The notes under the pieces were generated by a model that was not told the DNA's origin, ran no database searches, and saw only the letters and a program-made list of their open reading frames with translations. Of a stretch of DNA of 64,000 nucleotides, positions 30,269-39,893 are shown in pieces. The position numbers and the translations under genes were made by a program. Source of the DNA: Phycisphaeraceae bacterium (GTDB taxonomy: Bacteria > Planctomycetota > Phycisphaerae > Phycisphaerales > Phycisphaeraceae); NCBI GenBank assembly GCA_963674705.1, contig OY771506.1, forward strand, positions 320,001 to 384,000. Direction: 5' to 3'. The stretch's first letter is position 1. Each line of letters opens with the position of its first letter.

Positions 30269-31141
30269 TTACAACCCCAGCCGAGAAAGATTCTCCGGCC
30301 GGCCTCTGACCCCCGGATCAACACGGAACAGCGCCCCCGCATGCGGTCCGCGCTTGTCTTTCTGATCCCCACCGGCGCTGGTGACATACAACTGATCCAG
30401 ATCGGGCCCGCCGAACATCACGCTGGTGGTCAGCGCGGTCGGCAGTTCGATACTCTTCATATGTTCACCCTCGGGCGAAAACCGCATCACCCGGCCGCCT
30501 TCCCACATCGCACACCAGATACACCCTTCGGCATCCACCGTCAGCCCGTCTGGTATCAATGACTTGTCCACTTCAGCGAATGTCCGCCTCGCTGTGATGT
30601 TACCCGTCTGTCGGTCGTAATCGTAGGCATAGATCGAATGCGTTACGGAATCGACGTAATACATCGTCTTGTAATCGAGGCTGAAACCGACGCCGTTCGC
30701 GCAGCCGATCTCCGTCTCGACGACGCGACGTGACCCATCCGTATCAAAAAGAAACAGGCTGCCGAGTTTCTTCGGCTTATCGGGGTTATCCGGATCGGGT
30801 ACGGGCATCGAGCCTGCAAACACACGCCCTTCAGGGTCCGCGCCGACATCATTGAATCGTGACTCACCGGGGATCGGCTCGGTAAATGGCGTTAATTCGC
30901 CATTGCGCCAACGCCAGACTTCACACTCCCAGCCGAAGACAAGCAGCGAACCATCGGGCTGAACGGTCGTCGCGCCGATGTAATCCAGTTTCAACACCTG
31001 TTCATGCGTATCGCTCGCCGGGTCGTAACGGAACAGCCGACCGGTCGTGCTGTCCTGCCAGTAGAGCCTCTGCTCCCCCCCGTGCCAGATCGGCCCCTCC
31101 CCACAGTGGCAGGCATAGTCAGCAATGATGTCAACACTCAT
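30269..31141 (-). CDS. SMP-30/gluconolactonase/LRE family protein
   Basis: CGEGPIW, RFNDVGADPEGR, NGVGFS, PDGLTVDAEGCIW, FGGPDLDQLYVTSA. Confidence 0.93.
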   Translation of the reverse strand: MSVDIIADYACHCGEGPIWHGGEQRLYWQDSTTGRLFRYDPASDTHEQVLKLDYIGATTVQPDGSLLVFGWECEVWRWRNGELTPFTEPIPGESRFNDVGADPEGRVFAGSMPVPDPDNPDKPKKLGSLFLFDTDGSRRVVETEIGCANGVGFSLDYKTMYYVDSVTHSIYAYDYDRQTGNITARRTFAEVDKSLIPDGLTVDAEGCIWCAMWEGGRVMRFSPEGEHMKSIELPTALTTSVMFGGPDLDQLYVTSAGGDQKDKRGPHAGALFRVDPGVRGRPENLSRLGL

Positions 31142-31161
31142 GTCAGGCTCCAATTTTATTT

Positions 31162-31462
31162 ACCGCGAAGGCGCGAAGAGACGCGAAGTAGTTTAGCCAC
31201 AGATGAACAAGGATACTGGAGTTTCACCCCCTCTCCCCCTGGGAGAGGGCCGGTTGCCTGTAAATGCACGAATGGCGAATATCGAATGTCGAAAGAATGC
31301 CCAATTACCAATGACAAATTTTTGAACGTATATGATTTTGGCATTTGTCATTTGAGCATTCATTCGACATTCGTGCATTCGACATTTTTCTTATCTGTGT
31401 TCATCCGTGTTCATCTGTGGCTAAATAATGCTTTTCTTAGCGCCCTTCGCGCCTTCGCGGTT
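31162..31462. repeat. Nested palindromic element (copy B) containing two other repeat elements
   Basis: Same outer and inner arms as 28506-28688; interior holds a CCCTCTCCC/GGGAGAGGG hairpin and a CGAATG/CATTCG palindromic module (~31259-31386). Confidence 0.9.
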
Positions 31463-31464
31463 CA

Positions 31465-32151
31465 TCACATAAATATCAACACATACCCGATCCCAAATAC
31501 CGCCAGGTCCGCAAACACGTGGCTGACATACCCCGCATAGATATTGCGGTACTTCAGGTAGATCCACGACCAGGTCGCCCCGCCGACAAACACACCGACC
31601 GCGCCGAGCGTCGTCACGCGCCAGTCAAAGTAAGCATTGAGCGCGATGATGTGATGCAACGTGAAGAACAAACCCGATGCAATCACCGCCGGCCAGCGCG
31701 GCATCACTGCTTCACAACGTGTAAAGACAAACCACCGCCAGACGTATTCTTCCAATAACGAATTGATCGTGCACCAGCTAACCGCCAGCAGGATGTACAA
31801 GAGCGGCGAGGTCAGCCCGGCGTCCTTCGCGTTACTGCTCACACGCTGCACATCGATCCAATGCCCGAACAGGAAGTACCCCGCCAGGATCAACGCAAAA
31901 ATAACAACGCCCGTGATCAGCGCGGCCCCCATCCCCTTACCCGTCGGCTTCGGGATCGCCATGCGCTGCTTATCCACGAATAGCAACCACACCACCGGCA
32001 GCAAAAACAGCCAGACCTTGAAGAAACCAAATAAGGCTTTGGCGATAAACGCCCCCTGCATCCCATACAGCGTCAACCACACCGCAATACTCGGCGCGGG
32101 CACCAGAAGCAGCAAGGCTAACAACGCGTTACGTTTGCGATTGTCCGGCAT
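31465..32151 (-). CDS. CPBP (Abi/CAAX) family intramembrane metalloprotease
   Basis: EEYVWRW, FTLHH and SHVFAD motifs; multi-TM. Confidence 0.9.
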   Translation of the reverse strand: MPDNRKRNALLALLLLVPAPSIAVWLTLYGMQGAFIAKALFGFFKVWLFLLPVVWLLFVDKQRMAIPKPTGKGMGAALITGVVIFALILAGYFLFGHWIDVQRVSSNAKDAGLTSPLLYILLAVSWCTINSLLEEYVWRWFVFTRCEAVMPRWPAVIASGLFFTLHHIIALNAYFDWRVTTLGAVGVFVGGATWSWIYLKYRNIYAGYVSHVFADLAVFGIGYVLIFM

Positions 32152-32203
32152 GCTGAATTTATACTTGAATTAACACTTCTTAACCACAAAGCCGCAGAAT
32201 TGA

Positions 32204-32376
32204 GGAACAGGGATGGACACGGATAGGGGAGAATGGCGAATGCACGAATGTCGGATGTCGAATGAATGCTCAAATGACAAATGCCAAAATCATATACGTT
32301 CAAAAATTCGTCATTGGTAATTGGGCATTCTTTCGACATTCGTGCATTTACAGATATCCGTGTCCATCCCTGTTCC
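32204..32376. repeat. Variant nested palindromic element (copy C)
   Basis: Perfect 22-bp IR GGAACAGGGATGGACACGGATA/TATCCGTGTCCATCCCTGTTCC enclosing an inverted copy of the 31259-31386 module. Confidence 0.88.
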
Positions 32377-32506
32377 ATGTTTCTTTCTCTGTGCCTGTGT
32401 GCTTCAATCCATCCGCGCGCAAAAAAGCACGGCCCAGGCAGAGGATGCACTGAGCCGCACTCGATCAGGGGTACGGTTATTCCGGCGTTAACCGGTATGG
32501 ATTCTT

Positions 32507-33046
32507 TCACATCGCCGAGGCGACGGGGCCTTTCTCGACCTTCGGCCGCATCGGAGCGGGGGCCGGGGTCATGGGTTGCTGCGGTGTCCGGCGTTGCATG
32601 AAGTCCGGGCGGAGCAGGATCGCGCGGGGCGTGATCGTCTTTTTCTCTTCAACCGGCGCCAGTTTGCCGCGGTGGATCACGTAAGCGGTGTCCTGGGCGG
32701 TCAAGGCTTTGTACAGCCGTTGGGCACGCAAAATGGAGTGCCCGGTGTCGATGCCGCCGGTCTGCTTGATGTAGTTGCGGTCCGGATCGACATAGATCGC
32801 CTGTCCGCCCATCTGCAGCGTGGCCACTTCCGGTTCAACCACGTCGTCTCGCATCAACAAGCCCACGGTATCACGGTTCATGTTGCTGACCGGGATCAGT
32901 TCGTAGGCGGATTTTTCGCGTTGTACGGGTACAGTCAATCCGGGCTTTGCTTTGCCGACGACGGTGACAGGCCCATCGGCCAGCACCGGCATCGCCATCG
33001 CGCTAAGCGCAACCATACTTATGCATACATCCCTGAATCTCATCAC
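32507..33046 (-). CDS. Exported hypothetical protein
   Basis: Signal peptide (MAMPVLA); AGGAG RBS; Pro-rich tail. Confidence 0.7.
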   Translation of the reverse strand: MMRFRDVCISMVALSAMAMPVLADGPVTVVGKAKPGLTVPVQREKSAYELIPVSNMNRDTVGLLMRDDVVEPEVATLQMGGQAIYVDPDRNYIKQTGGIDTGHSILRAQRLYKALTAQDTAYVIHRGKLAPVEEKKTITPRAILLRPDFMQRRTPQQPMTPAPAPMRPKVEKGPVASAM

Positions 33047-33480
33047 TGATGTCTCTCCTTCCGGCTCCGGGCGGCTTTTGTCCGGGGCACGTCGAAGGGT
33101 CCCTCAACCGATCGACGTTCGACTCTCTTCATTTTGCCCCTTGCGGGCGGCGTCATCCGGCCTGAACATCTCTGGCCGGCACCTCTCCCTCCGGGCGACA
33201 AGCAGATATTCGCAACCGTCATGCCACCCGTTATTACACATTATACCCCAATATAATCCAATGGCCAGCAGCACTTTATGTTAAATTAGGTGGTTTTCGG
33301 ACCCTGTCCGGTCACGCAGGTTGTTGCACGAAATCAACAGCCATCCCCCATTCGTCGCCCCCGCACAACATCAACGCAGACTTGAGTTTGCAGTATCGAA
33401 CCGACTCCCTATCATGCGCGCCCACCGGCTTGTGACGCGCGTCTGGGTCGAACACGCCAACCCTCCCCCCGCAGTACAAC

Positions 33481-34980
33481 ATGGCCCGCCGAAGTAGCCA
33501 ACCCAAACCCGCCCTATTGCGCACACGCACCAGCACCGGCCTGCCGCTGTCGCTGCGCAAACAACTGATGTTCGTCCTCTATGCCTGGACGTTCGGCTCG
33601 GTCTGGCTCTGGTCGATCTCGGGCGCGGCCATGACGCGCTTCAGCAAGGAAATGGGCCTGCCTGAGTACGGCTTCGGTGTCCTGGCGACGCTGCCGTTTG
33701 TCGGAACCTTGCTGCAACTACCCGTCAGCTATCTCGTCGAACGATACGGCCGACGGAAAATGGTCTTCCTCTGGCTGGGCAGTTTCGGGCGCGCGCTGTG
33801 GACACTCACAGCGATGATCCCATGGATCTTCCCCAACAGCCGGGAATGGTGGTGGCCGACGATGCTCTTGTCGCTGCTGCTGACCTGGTCATGCGCCCAG
33901 GCATCCGTCCCGGCGTGGATGAACTGGATGTCGGACGTGATCCCCAGGCAGATACGGGGCCGATACTTCGGACTGCGCAACCAGATAGGCCAACCCATCG
34001 GTCTCATCACGACGCTGGGTATCGGATACGCACTGGATCAGGCTGCCAACGCGCAAGGCATGCACCCGGACATCATGCTCAAGGTCACCTCGGCGATCCT
34101 CGGCGTTGCCGGCATGGTGGGCACGCTGGATATCCTGTGTTTCCGCTTTGTGGATGACACGGATGACAAACCCAAACCGGATACGGACGGCATCCTGCGG
34201 ATGATGCTCAAACCCCTGAAAGTGCCAGAATTCCGCAGGTATTTGGCGTTCAACTTCACACTCATGCTGGGGATCGGCTGCATCGGCCAATACATCTGGC
34301 TCTACCTGTTCGACGTCATCGGCTGGTCGAACCAACGCGCCAACATAATGCTGATCGGCGTCCCGCTGATCGTGCGGATGTTCAGCTTCAAGATCTGGGG
34401 CACACTGATCGACCGGCTGGGCAAGAAACCCGTGATGCTGATCGTCGGATGCTTGAGCCTGTCGGACTCGATCGGCTGGCTGCTGGTCGGCCCCAACCAC
34501 TACATGCTCGGTTATTCCATGGTGCTGATCGCGGTCTTCGTCTGGCCCGGGATGGAAATCGCGAACTTCAACTTCATCCTGAACATGTCAGGCGGCGGTC
34601 GGGGCAAGGATCGTACGGGGGGAACGGCCTATGTCGCGGTCAACTCCATCGCCACCGCGGTCGGCGGGATCCTCTCGGGGCTGCTCGGTGGGCTAGCGGC
34701 AAGCCAACTGGCCGGTTGGAGCCACGACCTGCCCATCATGGATATCCACCTGACGTATCACGGCGTACTGCTGCTGAGTTCTGGTTTCTTGAAGCTGGTT
34801 GCGATGTTGTGGGTGCTGAGCCTGCACGAGCCCAAAGCGGTGGGCACACGTGACGCGATCCGCTACATGACCACTTCGATCTATTCAAACGTACGCCAGG
34901 CCGCACTGATGCCGACCCGTGTCGTTGGCCAGGTGGCAAGGTGGAGTTATAAGGTTACGCCCTTGCCTAAGCGTAAATAG
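33481..34980 (+). CDS. MFS transporter
   Basis: ~12 TMs; ERYGRRK and DRLGKK loop motifs. Confidence 0.9.
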   Translation: MARRSSQPKPALLRTRTSTGLPLSLRKQLMFVLYAWTFGSVWLWSISGAAMTRFSKEMGLPEYGFGVLATLPFVGTLLQLPVSYLVERYGRRKMVFLWLGSFGRALWTLTAMIPWIFPNSREWWWPTMLLSLLLTWSCAQASVPAWMNWMSDVIPRQIRGRYFGLRNQIGQPIGLITTLGIGYALDQAANAQGMHPDIMLKVTSAILGVAGMVGTLDILCFRFVDDTDDKPKPDTDGILRMMLKPLKVPEFRRYLAFNFTLMLGIGCIGQYIWLYLFDVIGWSNQRANIMLIGVPLIVRMFSFKIWGTLIDRLGKKPVMLIVGCLSLSDSIGWLLVGPNHYMLGYSMVLIAVFVWPGMEIANFNFILNMSGGGRGKDRTGGTAYVAVNSIATAVGGILSGLLGGLAASQLAGWSHDLPIMDIHLTYHGVLLLSSGFLKLVAMLWVLSLHEPKAVGTRDAIRYMTTSIYSNVRQAALMPTRVVGQVARWSYKVTPLPKRK

Positions 34981-35090
34981 TCTCATCTACACGGATTGGG
35001 GGCTACAATGCTGGGCGCAGCCTGTTGCAGGCATGGGGAACCGGCGGGCCTGTGCTGCGTCTAAAAGCGGTAGCAATGGAGATAACCATC

Positions 35091-35708
35091 ATGAATATGA
35101 ACCAAACCAAGCGTATGTGGACTGTAGCCCTGCTGGGTATCGCCGTCATGGCGGCAAGCGGCTGCATCAGTGACCGTGGCAACCGCGGCGGGCGGCTGGA
35201 CGTCACCGAAACGACCGAAGCCGAATGGGACTCCGCCAAGGTCCTGCCCGTCTCGCTCGTCGAGTTCAGCGATCAGGCGGCCCAACGGGTCGTCGAAGAC
35301 CTGGTCAAGCTGCCGCAGATCCGCGATAACCAGGGACGCGTCACCGTGATCCTCGGCGACATCAACAACAAGACCGGCATCGTCAGCTCGACCGAGTTCG
35401 AGGTCGTCACCGCACGCCTGCGCAACAACCTGATCAACAGCGACATCGCCCGCGGTACGCTCCGATTTGTCGAACGTCGCGCCCGGATGCTCGACCTTGC
35501 AGAACGTGAGGCCGTCGCATCCGACCAGGTGCTTGCCGATCCGCCCAACTACGATCCGCAGACCACCTACACACTCAACGGCGACTTCTACCGCATCGGC
35601 CGAGGTGAAACGAACCAGTACTACATGGAAGTGCAACTCGTTCACTTCGGGACCAACGAGATCGTCTTCTCAGACCGCTACGACTCCAAACATTCGACTA
35701 AAGACTGA
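35091..35708 (+). CDS. LpoB-like lipoprotein
   Basis: Lipobox AASGC; INNKT and YYMEVQLVHFGTNEIVFS resemble the LpoB/CsgG fold. Start uncertain. Confidence 0.65.
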   Translation: MNMNQTKRMWTVALLGIAVMAASGCISDRGNRGGRLDVTETTEAEWDSAKVLPVSLVEFSDQAAQRVVEDLVKLPQIRDNQGRVTVILGDINNKTGIVSSTEFEVVTARLRNNLINSDIARGTLRFVERRARMLDLAEREAVASDQVLADPPNYDPQTTYTLNGDFYRIGRGETNQYYMEVQLVHFGTNEIVFSDRYDSKHSTKD

Positions 35709-36361
35709 TGCGTACTTCTATGTGTGGCGAACGCACCGACGCTATCCCTGGCCGCCGGCTGCCAGCCGGCGCGTCGCGCCACTTGGCAGGTGGCGGCTAT
35801 CGGATCATCGCACTTGCGCTTACGGCGATGATACTGACCGGTTGTAACGCCAAACCCGTCGGCCAATCCACGCGCTGGACGATCGACGACGTCGAGGCCA
35901 TGACCCACGAGATGGCCCAGAGCCTGCGCGACAGCGAAGCCTTCGCCAAACGCGGCCCCGATAGCGAACCGTGGATCATCTCCATGGACAAAGTCCTGAA
36001 CCTGTCGGATGAAGTGATGACGCCGAACGAGCAGTGGTCGATCATGGCCCAGGTGCGCGGCGCGGCCGATATCCAGGCGCTGTGGGATGAAAAAGCCGTA
36101 CGTTTCGTGATCCCCCCCGAGCGCGTCGTGCAACTGCGCAACAGCGAATACGGCTACGACTTCGACGATAGCTTCGCGCAGAACCGAAAAGTCACGCACA
36201 CCCTCACCGCGACCTTCCGGTCATTAACCCGCGCCCAGGCCAAGCAGCGCAGCGACCTGTATTACTGTGAATTCGAGATACTCGACTTTGCCACCCACGA
36301 ACCGGTCTGGACCGACAAGTTCGAATTCAAACGCAGTGCAAAGGGGCACGTGTGGGATTGA
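35708..36361 (+). CDS. Second LpoB-like lipoprotein
   Basis: Lipobox ILTGC; C-terminal YYCEFEILDFATHEPVWTD. Confidence 0.6.
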   Translation: MRTSMCGERTDAIPGRRLPAGASRHLAGGGYRIIALALTAMILTGCNAKPVGQSTRWTIDDVEAMTHEMAQSLRDSEAFAKRGPDSEPWIISMDKVLNLSDEVMTPNEQWSIMAQVRGAADIQALWDEKAVRFVIPPERVVQLRNSEYGYDFDDSFAQNRKVTHTLTATFRSLTRAQAKQRSDLYYCEFEILDFATHEPVWTDKFEFKRSAKGHVWD

Positions 36362-38172
36362 AACCGATCCAACATGTCGTCAGTTGCCAACGCGCGGATC
36401 TGCGATCCGCCGCTAAACGGTGGCCCGCGTTCTATTGCATGTTTAGCGGGCGATCAAAGATCGCCGTGTTGCTTGTCTTACCTGTACTCATTTTGTGCAC
36501 ACTCGGCTGTCAGGAACCGATGAAAACCCCCGCCGCACGGCTCGCCGTCGGTGACTACGGCCGACCACGCACCGAGTTGCAAAACGACATGCAGCCAAAA
36601 CGCTCCGACCGGGAATACCTCCTGGATCGCATGCGCGTCGGCATCCTCACGCTCGCGGACGGCTACCCCCAATCCGCGCAGCACATCTTCGAAGAAGTCT
36701 ACGATGTCCTGCGCACGCAAGGCATCAACAAAGACAAAACCGTCGCCTCGGTCGTCATTAACGAAGACATCAAGATATGGAAAGGTGAACCGTTCGAGCA
36801 GGCGCTGGCGTTGGCGTATTACGCAATGACTCAGGCCGAGCTAGGCTCGTGGGACAACGCACGCGCCGCTGCAAACAACTCCCTGTTCTCCCTGCGTGAC
36901 TTCGGCACGGATGATGAAGGCAACCGCATCGACACCTACGAAATCGCTCAGCGCGCCGTCGAATACGAACGCGCCATCGAAGCCGGCGACTCGCCCGAAG
37001 AAGCCCTGAAGAAAGCGAACTACATCGACAACGGCTACGTCGTCCGCGACTCCAACTTCATCCTCGGCTACCTGCTTGCCGGCATCGCCAACCAGCAGCT
37101 CGGCCGAGACAAAGAAGCCGATGACAACTTCCTGCGCGTGCTCGAAGTCGACGACACGTTAGCCCGGCTTGTCGAAGAGCTGCGCAGAAATCGGTACAAC
37201 ACGATCCTCGTCGTCAGCTACGGCCTGGGCCCACAAAAAGAAGGCTACGGCCCCGACAACGCCCTCGCCCGCTTCAGCCCCCGCTTCGCCAGCGACAAAG
37301 GCGAACTGCGCATCCGCTTCGGCCCGAGCATGGGTCGCGCCTACCCCGTCGTGCAGGATGTCAACACCATGGCCGCGGATCACATGTGGAACAACATGGA
37401 GGATGTCCGCAGCGCTAAAAGCACGATCGGAAACATCATGCTCGTCGGCGGCGCGATCGCAACACAGTACGGCGGATCGCGGGGCGGGCACGACGACGCG
37501 GTCTATGCCGGTTTGGCTGCAATGGCTGCGGGCATCATCCTCAAAGCCGGGGCGCACGTCGATATCCGTTACTGCGATGTCATGCCCCAACGCTTCTACC
37601 TCGTACCGCTCTACTTGTCGGACCCGAAGCAGACGATCACGCTCGACGTTCAGAACCGTCCATCAACCCAACTTGAATTGACCGGCCTCGGACCGCCGGG
37701 CCCGGAAATGATGGGTAAAGCCCAACTGCGATACATCCGCCTTGTCAGCAATAACAACCACAGCGCCCCACCACCCTCCTGGGCAAGCTCCGGCCAGATC
37801 TACTACACCAACCCGTACTCAACATCGCACACCTCCGGCCCATACATCCTCGGCGGGATGGATGTCAGCCCGCCCACCCAACAAGTGCTCGACAGCTACA
37901 AACAAGCAGGCCAGTTCTACGGCAAAACACTCAACGACCTGCGCGAACTTTATCGAGCCGAAGGCATCCAACTAACCACTGAAGACCAGGGCGGCTTCGT
38001 CGGCCGACATGTGCTCGAAGGCGGTAACTCACTGGTTTCCCCCCTGCCGGGGACGACCGGCTTCGTCCGCCTGTTCGGACAGTTGCACTCACCGTATCAT
38101 CCCAAGTCGCAGGAAGTCGCCCAGTTAGCCACCATCCAACCAGCCACAACGCCTCAAGGAGACACGCCATGA
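36352..38172 (+). CDS. COG3014-like TPR lipoprotein
   Basis: Lipobox TLGC; WKGEPFEQALALAY...WDNARAA and DIRYCDVMP motifs; sits between LpoB-like and YcfL-like genes. True start probably ~36439. Confidence 0.6.
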   Translation: MGLKPIQHVVSCQRADLRSAAKRWPAFYCMFSGRSKIAVLLVLPVLILCTLGCQEPMKTPAARLAVGDYGRPRTELQNDMQPKRSDREYLLDRMRVGILTLADGYPQSAQHIFEEVYDVLRTQGINKDKTVASVVINEDIKIWKGEPFEQALALAYYAMTQAELGSWDNARAAANNSLFSLRDFGTDDEGNRIDTYEIAQRAVEYERAIEAGDSPEEALKKANYIDNGYVVRDSNFILGYLLAGIANQQLGRDKEADDNFLRVLEVDDTLARLVEELRRNRYNTILVVSYGLGPQKEGYGPDNALARFSPRFASDKGELRIRFGPSMGRAYPVVQDVNTMAADHMWNNMEDVRSAKSTIGNIMLVGGAIATQYGGSRGGHDDAVYAGLAAMAAGIILKAGAHVDIRYCDVMPQRFYLVPLYLSDPKQTITLDVQNRPSTQLELTGLGPPGPEMMGKAQLRYIRLVSNNNHSAPPPSWASSGQIYYTNPYSTSHTSGPYILGGMDVSPPTQQVLDSYKQAGQFYGKTLNDLRELYRAEGIQLTTEDQGGFVGRHVLEGGNSLVSPLPGTTGFVRLFGQLHSPYHPKSQEVAQLATIQPATTPQGDTP

Positions 38173-38579
38173 CACGCTCAACACTGCTTTTCGCCGCCCT
38201 GCTCGCCACGCCGTGCCTGCTTGTCGGCTGCGCCAACGCCACCAAGGCCCCCCACGCCGTGAAGCCCGACCCCGTCGCGCCGGTCAGCTATCCGCAGATC
38301 GCGACCGAGAGCAACCTCGGCGACTTCATGTCCTACACCAAGCCGATCGTCCACATGGGCCCACCCATGAAGGTGACCGTCGCCCTGCGTCTGCGGGATG
38401 ATAAGCCCGTCAACGCCCAGTACCGCTTCACCTTCCTGGACGCCACCGGGGCCCCCACCGGCCAGCCGATGGACTGGCGTTTCATGGTCCTGCCCCCCCG
38501 ACTGCAGGTCTTCATGGAAGCCACCGCCACCAGCAGCGAAGCTCGCGACTGGCGCCTGGAAGTGCGACCGGCCAAGTAA
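38169..38579 (+). CDS. YcfL/DUF1425-like lipoprotein
   Basis: Lipobox LVGC; QYRFTFLDATG; ARDWRLEVR. Confidence 0.75.
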   Translation: MTRSTLLFAALLATPCLLVGCANATKAPHAVKPDPVAPVSYPQIATESNLGDFMSYTKPIVHMGPPMKVTVALRLRDDKPVNAQYRFTFLDATGAPTGQPMDWRFMVLPPRLQVFMEATATSSEARDWRLEVRPAK

Positions 38580-38741
38580 TTACGCGTAAGTCTTTTATTT
38601 TTAAATATTAACGCCAGATCGAAAGCGGATGGATTCTCGCCCCACCACGGGTCGCCACGTTGCAATCCCCAGCCATCCTGCTAGACTACCCGGCTCGATT
38701 CAAGCGATAGAACCCAATAGAGAACAGGCAGGAACTCAGCC

Positions 38742-39059
38742 ATGTACGCGATCATTGAAGACTCCGGCATACAGATCAAGGTTTCCGAAGGCGACATCAT
38801 CCGTGTCGACCTGCGCGATTTGGCTGACGACGCCCAGAGCCTCACCTTCGACCGCGTCCTGATGATCGGCGGCGAAGAAGGCGACACCAAGATCGGCCAG
38901 CCCGTCGTTGCCGGCGCTTCGGTAACTGCCGACATCATCGACCCCGATGATTCGGAAAAGGTCAGCATCACCAAGTTCAGGCGTCGCAAGACCTACAAGC
39001 GCCAAAACGGCCACCGCCAGCACTACATCAAGTGCAAAATCACCGGCATCAAGGCCTGA
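38742..39059 (+). CDS. rplU: 50S ribosomal protein L21
   Basis: MYAIIEDSGIQIKV; KFRRRKTYKRQNGHRQHY. Confidence 0.96.
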   Translation: MYAIIEDSGIQIKVSEGDIIRVDLRDLADDAQSLTFDRVLMIGGEEGDTKIGQPVVAGASVTADIIDPDDSEKVSITKFRRRKTYKRQNGHRQHYIKCKITGIKA

Positions 39060-39131
39060 TTGGCGCACCACACTTGCACAAAGTTAATCACCCCCACGGC
39101 GAGGCGTGCTTCAGCACGCCGGCGGTTTTCT

Positions 39132-39230
39132 AATGTTCAATCTTCAATATGCAATGTTCAATCTGATGTTGTCACCGGCAACATGCTTTTAGATTGAACA
39201 TCGAACATTCCACATTGAACATCCCACATC
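39132..39230. repeat. Inverted heptamer-array hairpin (AATGTTC / GAACATT)
   Basis: Degenerate AATGTTC repeats, an inner ATGTTG/CAACAT stem, then GAACATT repeats; a lone arm also occurs at ~29326-29365. Confidence 0.75.
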
Positions 39231-39234
39231 CCCC

Positions 39235-39669
39235 TCATTCCCCAATAATCTTCACCAGCACGCGCTTCCGCCTCCGCCCATCAAACTCCGCATAAAAGAT
39301 CTGCTCCCAAGGCCCGAAGTCCAACTCGCCATCCGTTATCGCGACCACCACCTCGCGCCCCATGATCTGCCGTTTCATATGCGCATCGGCGTTGTCCTCG
39401 CCCGTGCGGTTATGACGATACCCACCGGCCGAGACATCGCCGGACGCATTAAACGGCGCGAGCTTTTCCAGCCAGTCGTCATAGTCCTGGATCAACCCGG
39501 ACTCGTTGTCGTTGATATACACGCTGGCTGTGATGTGCATCGCATTCACAAGACAAAGCCCGTTCTGCACGCCGCTCTGCGTGACTAACTCCTGCACCTT
39601 CGTGGAAATGTTCACGTAACCACGCCGATCAGGAATATCAAACCAGAGTTCTTCACGTAAGTGTTTCAT
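39235..39669 (-). CDS. yjbQ: YjbQ (UPF0047) family protein
   Basis: [36 protein letters not shown]. Confidence 0.92.
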   Translation of the reverse strand: MKHLREELWFDIPDRRGYVNISTKVQELVTQSGVQNGLCLVNAMHITASVYINDNESGLIQDYDDWLEKLAPFNASGDVSAGGYRHNRTGEDNADAHMKRQIMGREVVVAITDGELDFGPWEQIFYAEFDGRRRKRVLVKIIGE

Positions 39670-39685
39670 GGTGTAGGGTGTTTAT

Positions 39686-39890
39686 ATTTATGATTCATGA
39701 TTTAGGATTTATGATTTGTGCTAATGGCTAACGGCTTTACCCACCCCCCAAGCCGCGCGATAGCTGCGCAGCAGCTTTACGCGGGTCTCTTCCCGGGTAT
39801 CGGGTATCGGGTATCGGGTATCGGAAAACGCACGTAAACATTGTCTTAATTTCCTGCTTTCCTAATTTCCTGTTTTCCAGCTTTCCTCCT
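39686..39890. repeat. Composite heptamer/palindrome element (copy 1)
   Basis: (ATGATTT)n-(GCTAAYG)n-AGCCGCGCGATAGCTGCGCAGCAGCTTT.CGCGGGTCTCTTCCCGG-(CGGGTAT)x4-(TTTCCTGC-like)n. Confidence 0.8.
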
Positions 39891-39893
39891 CCC

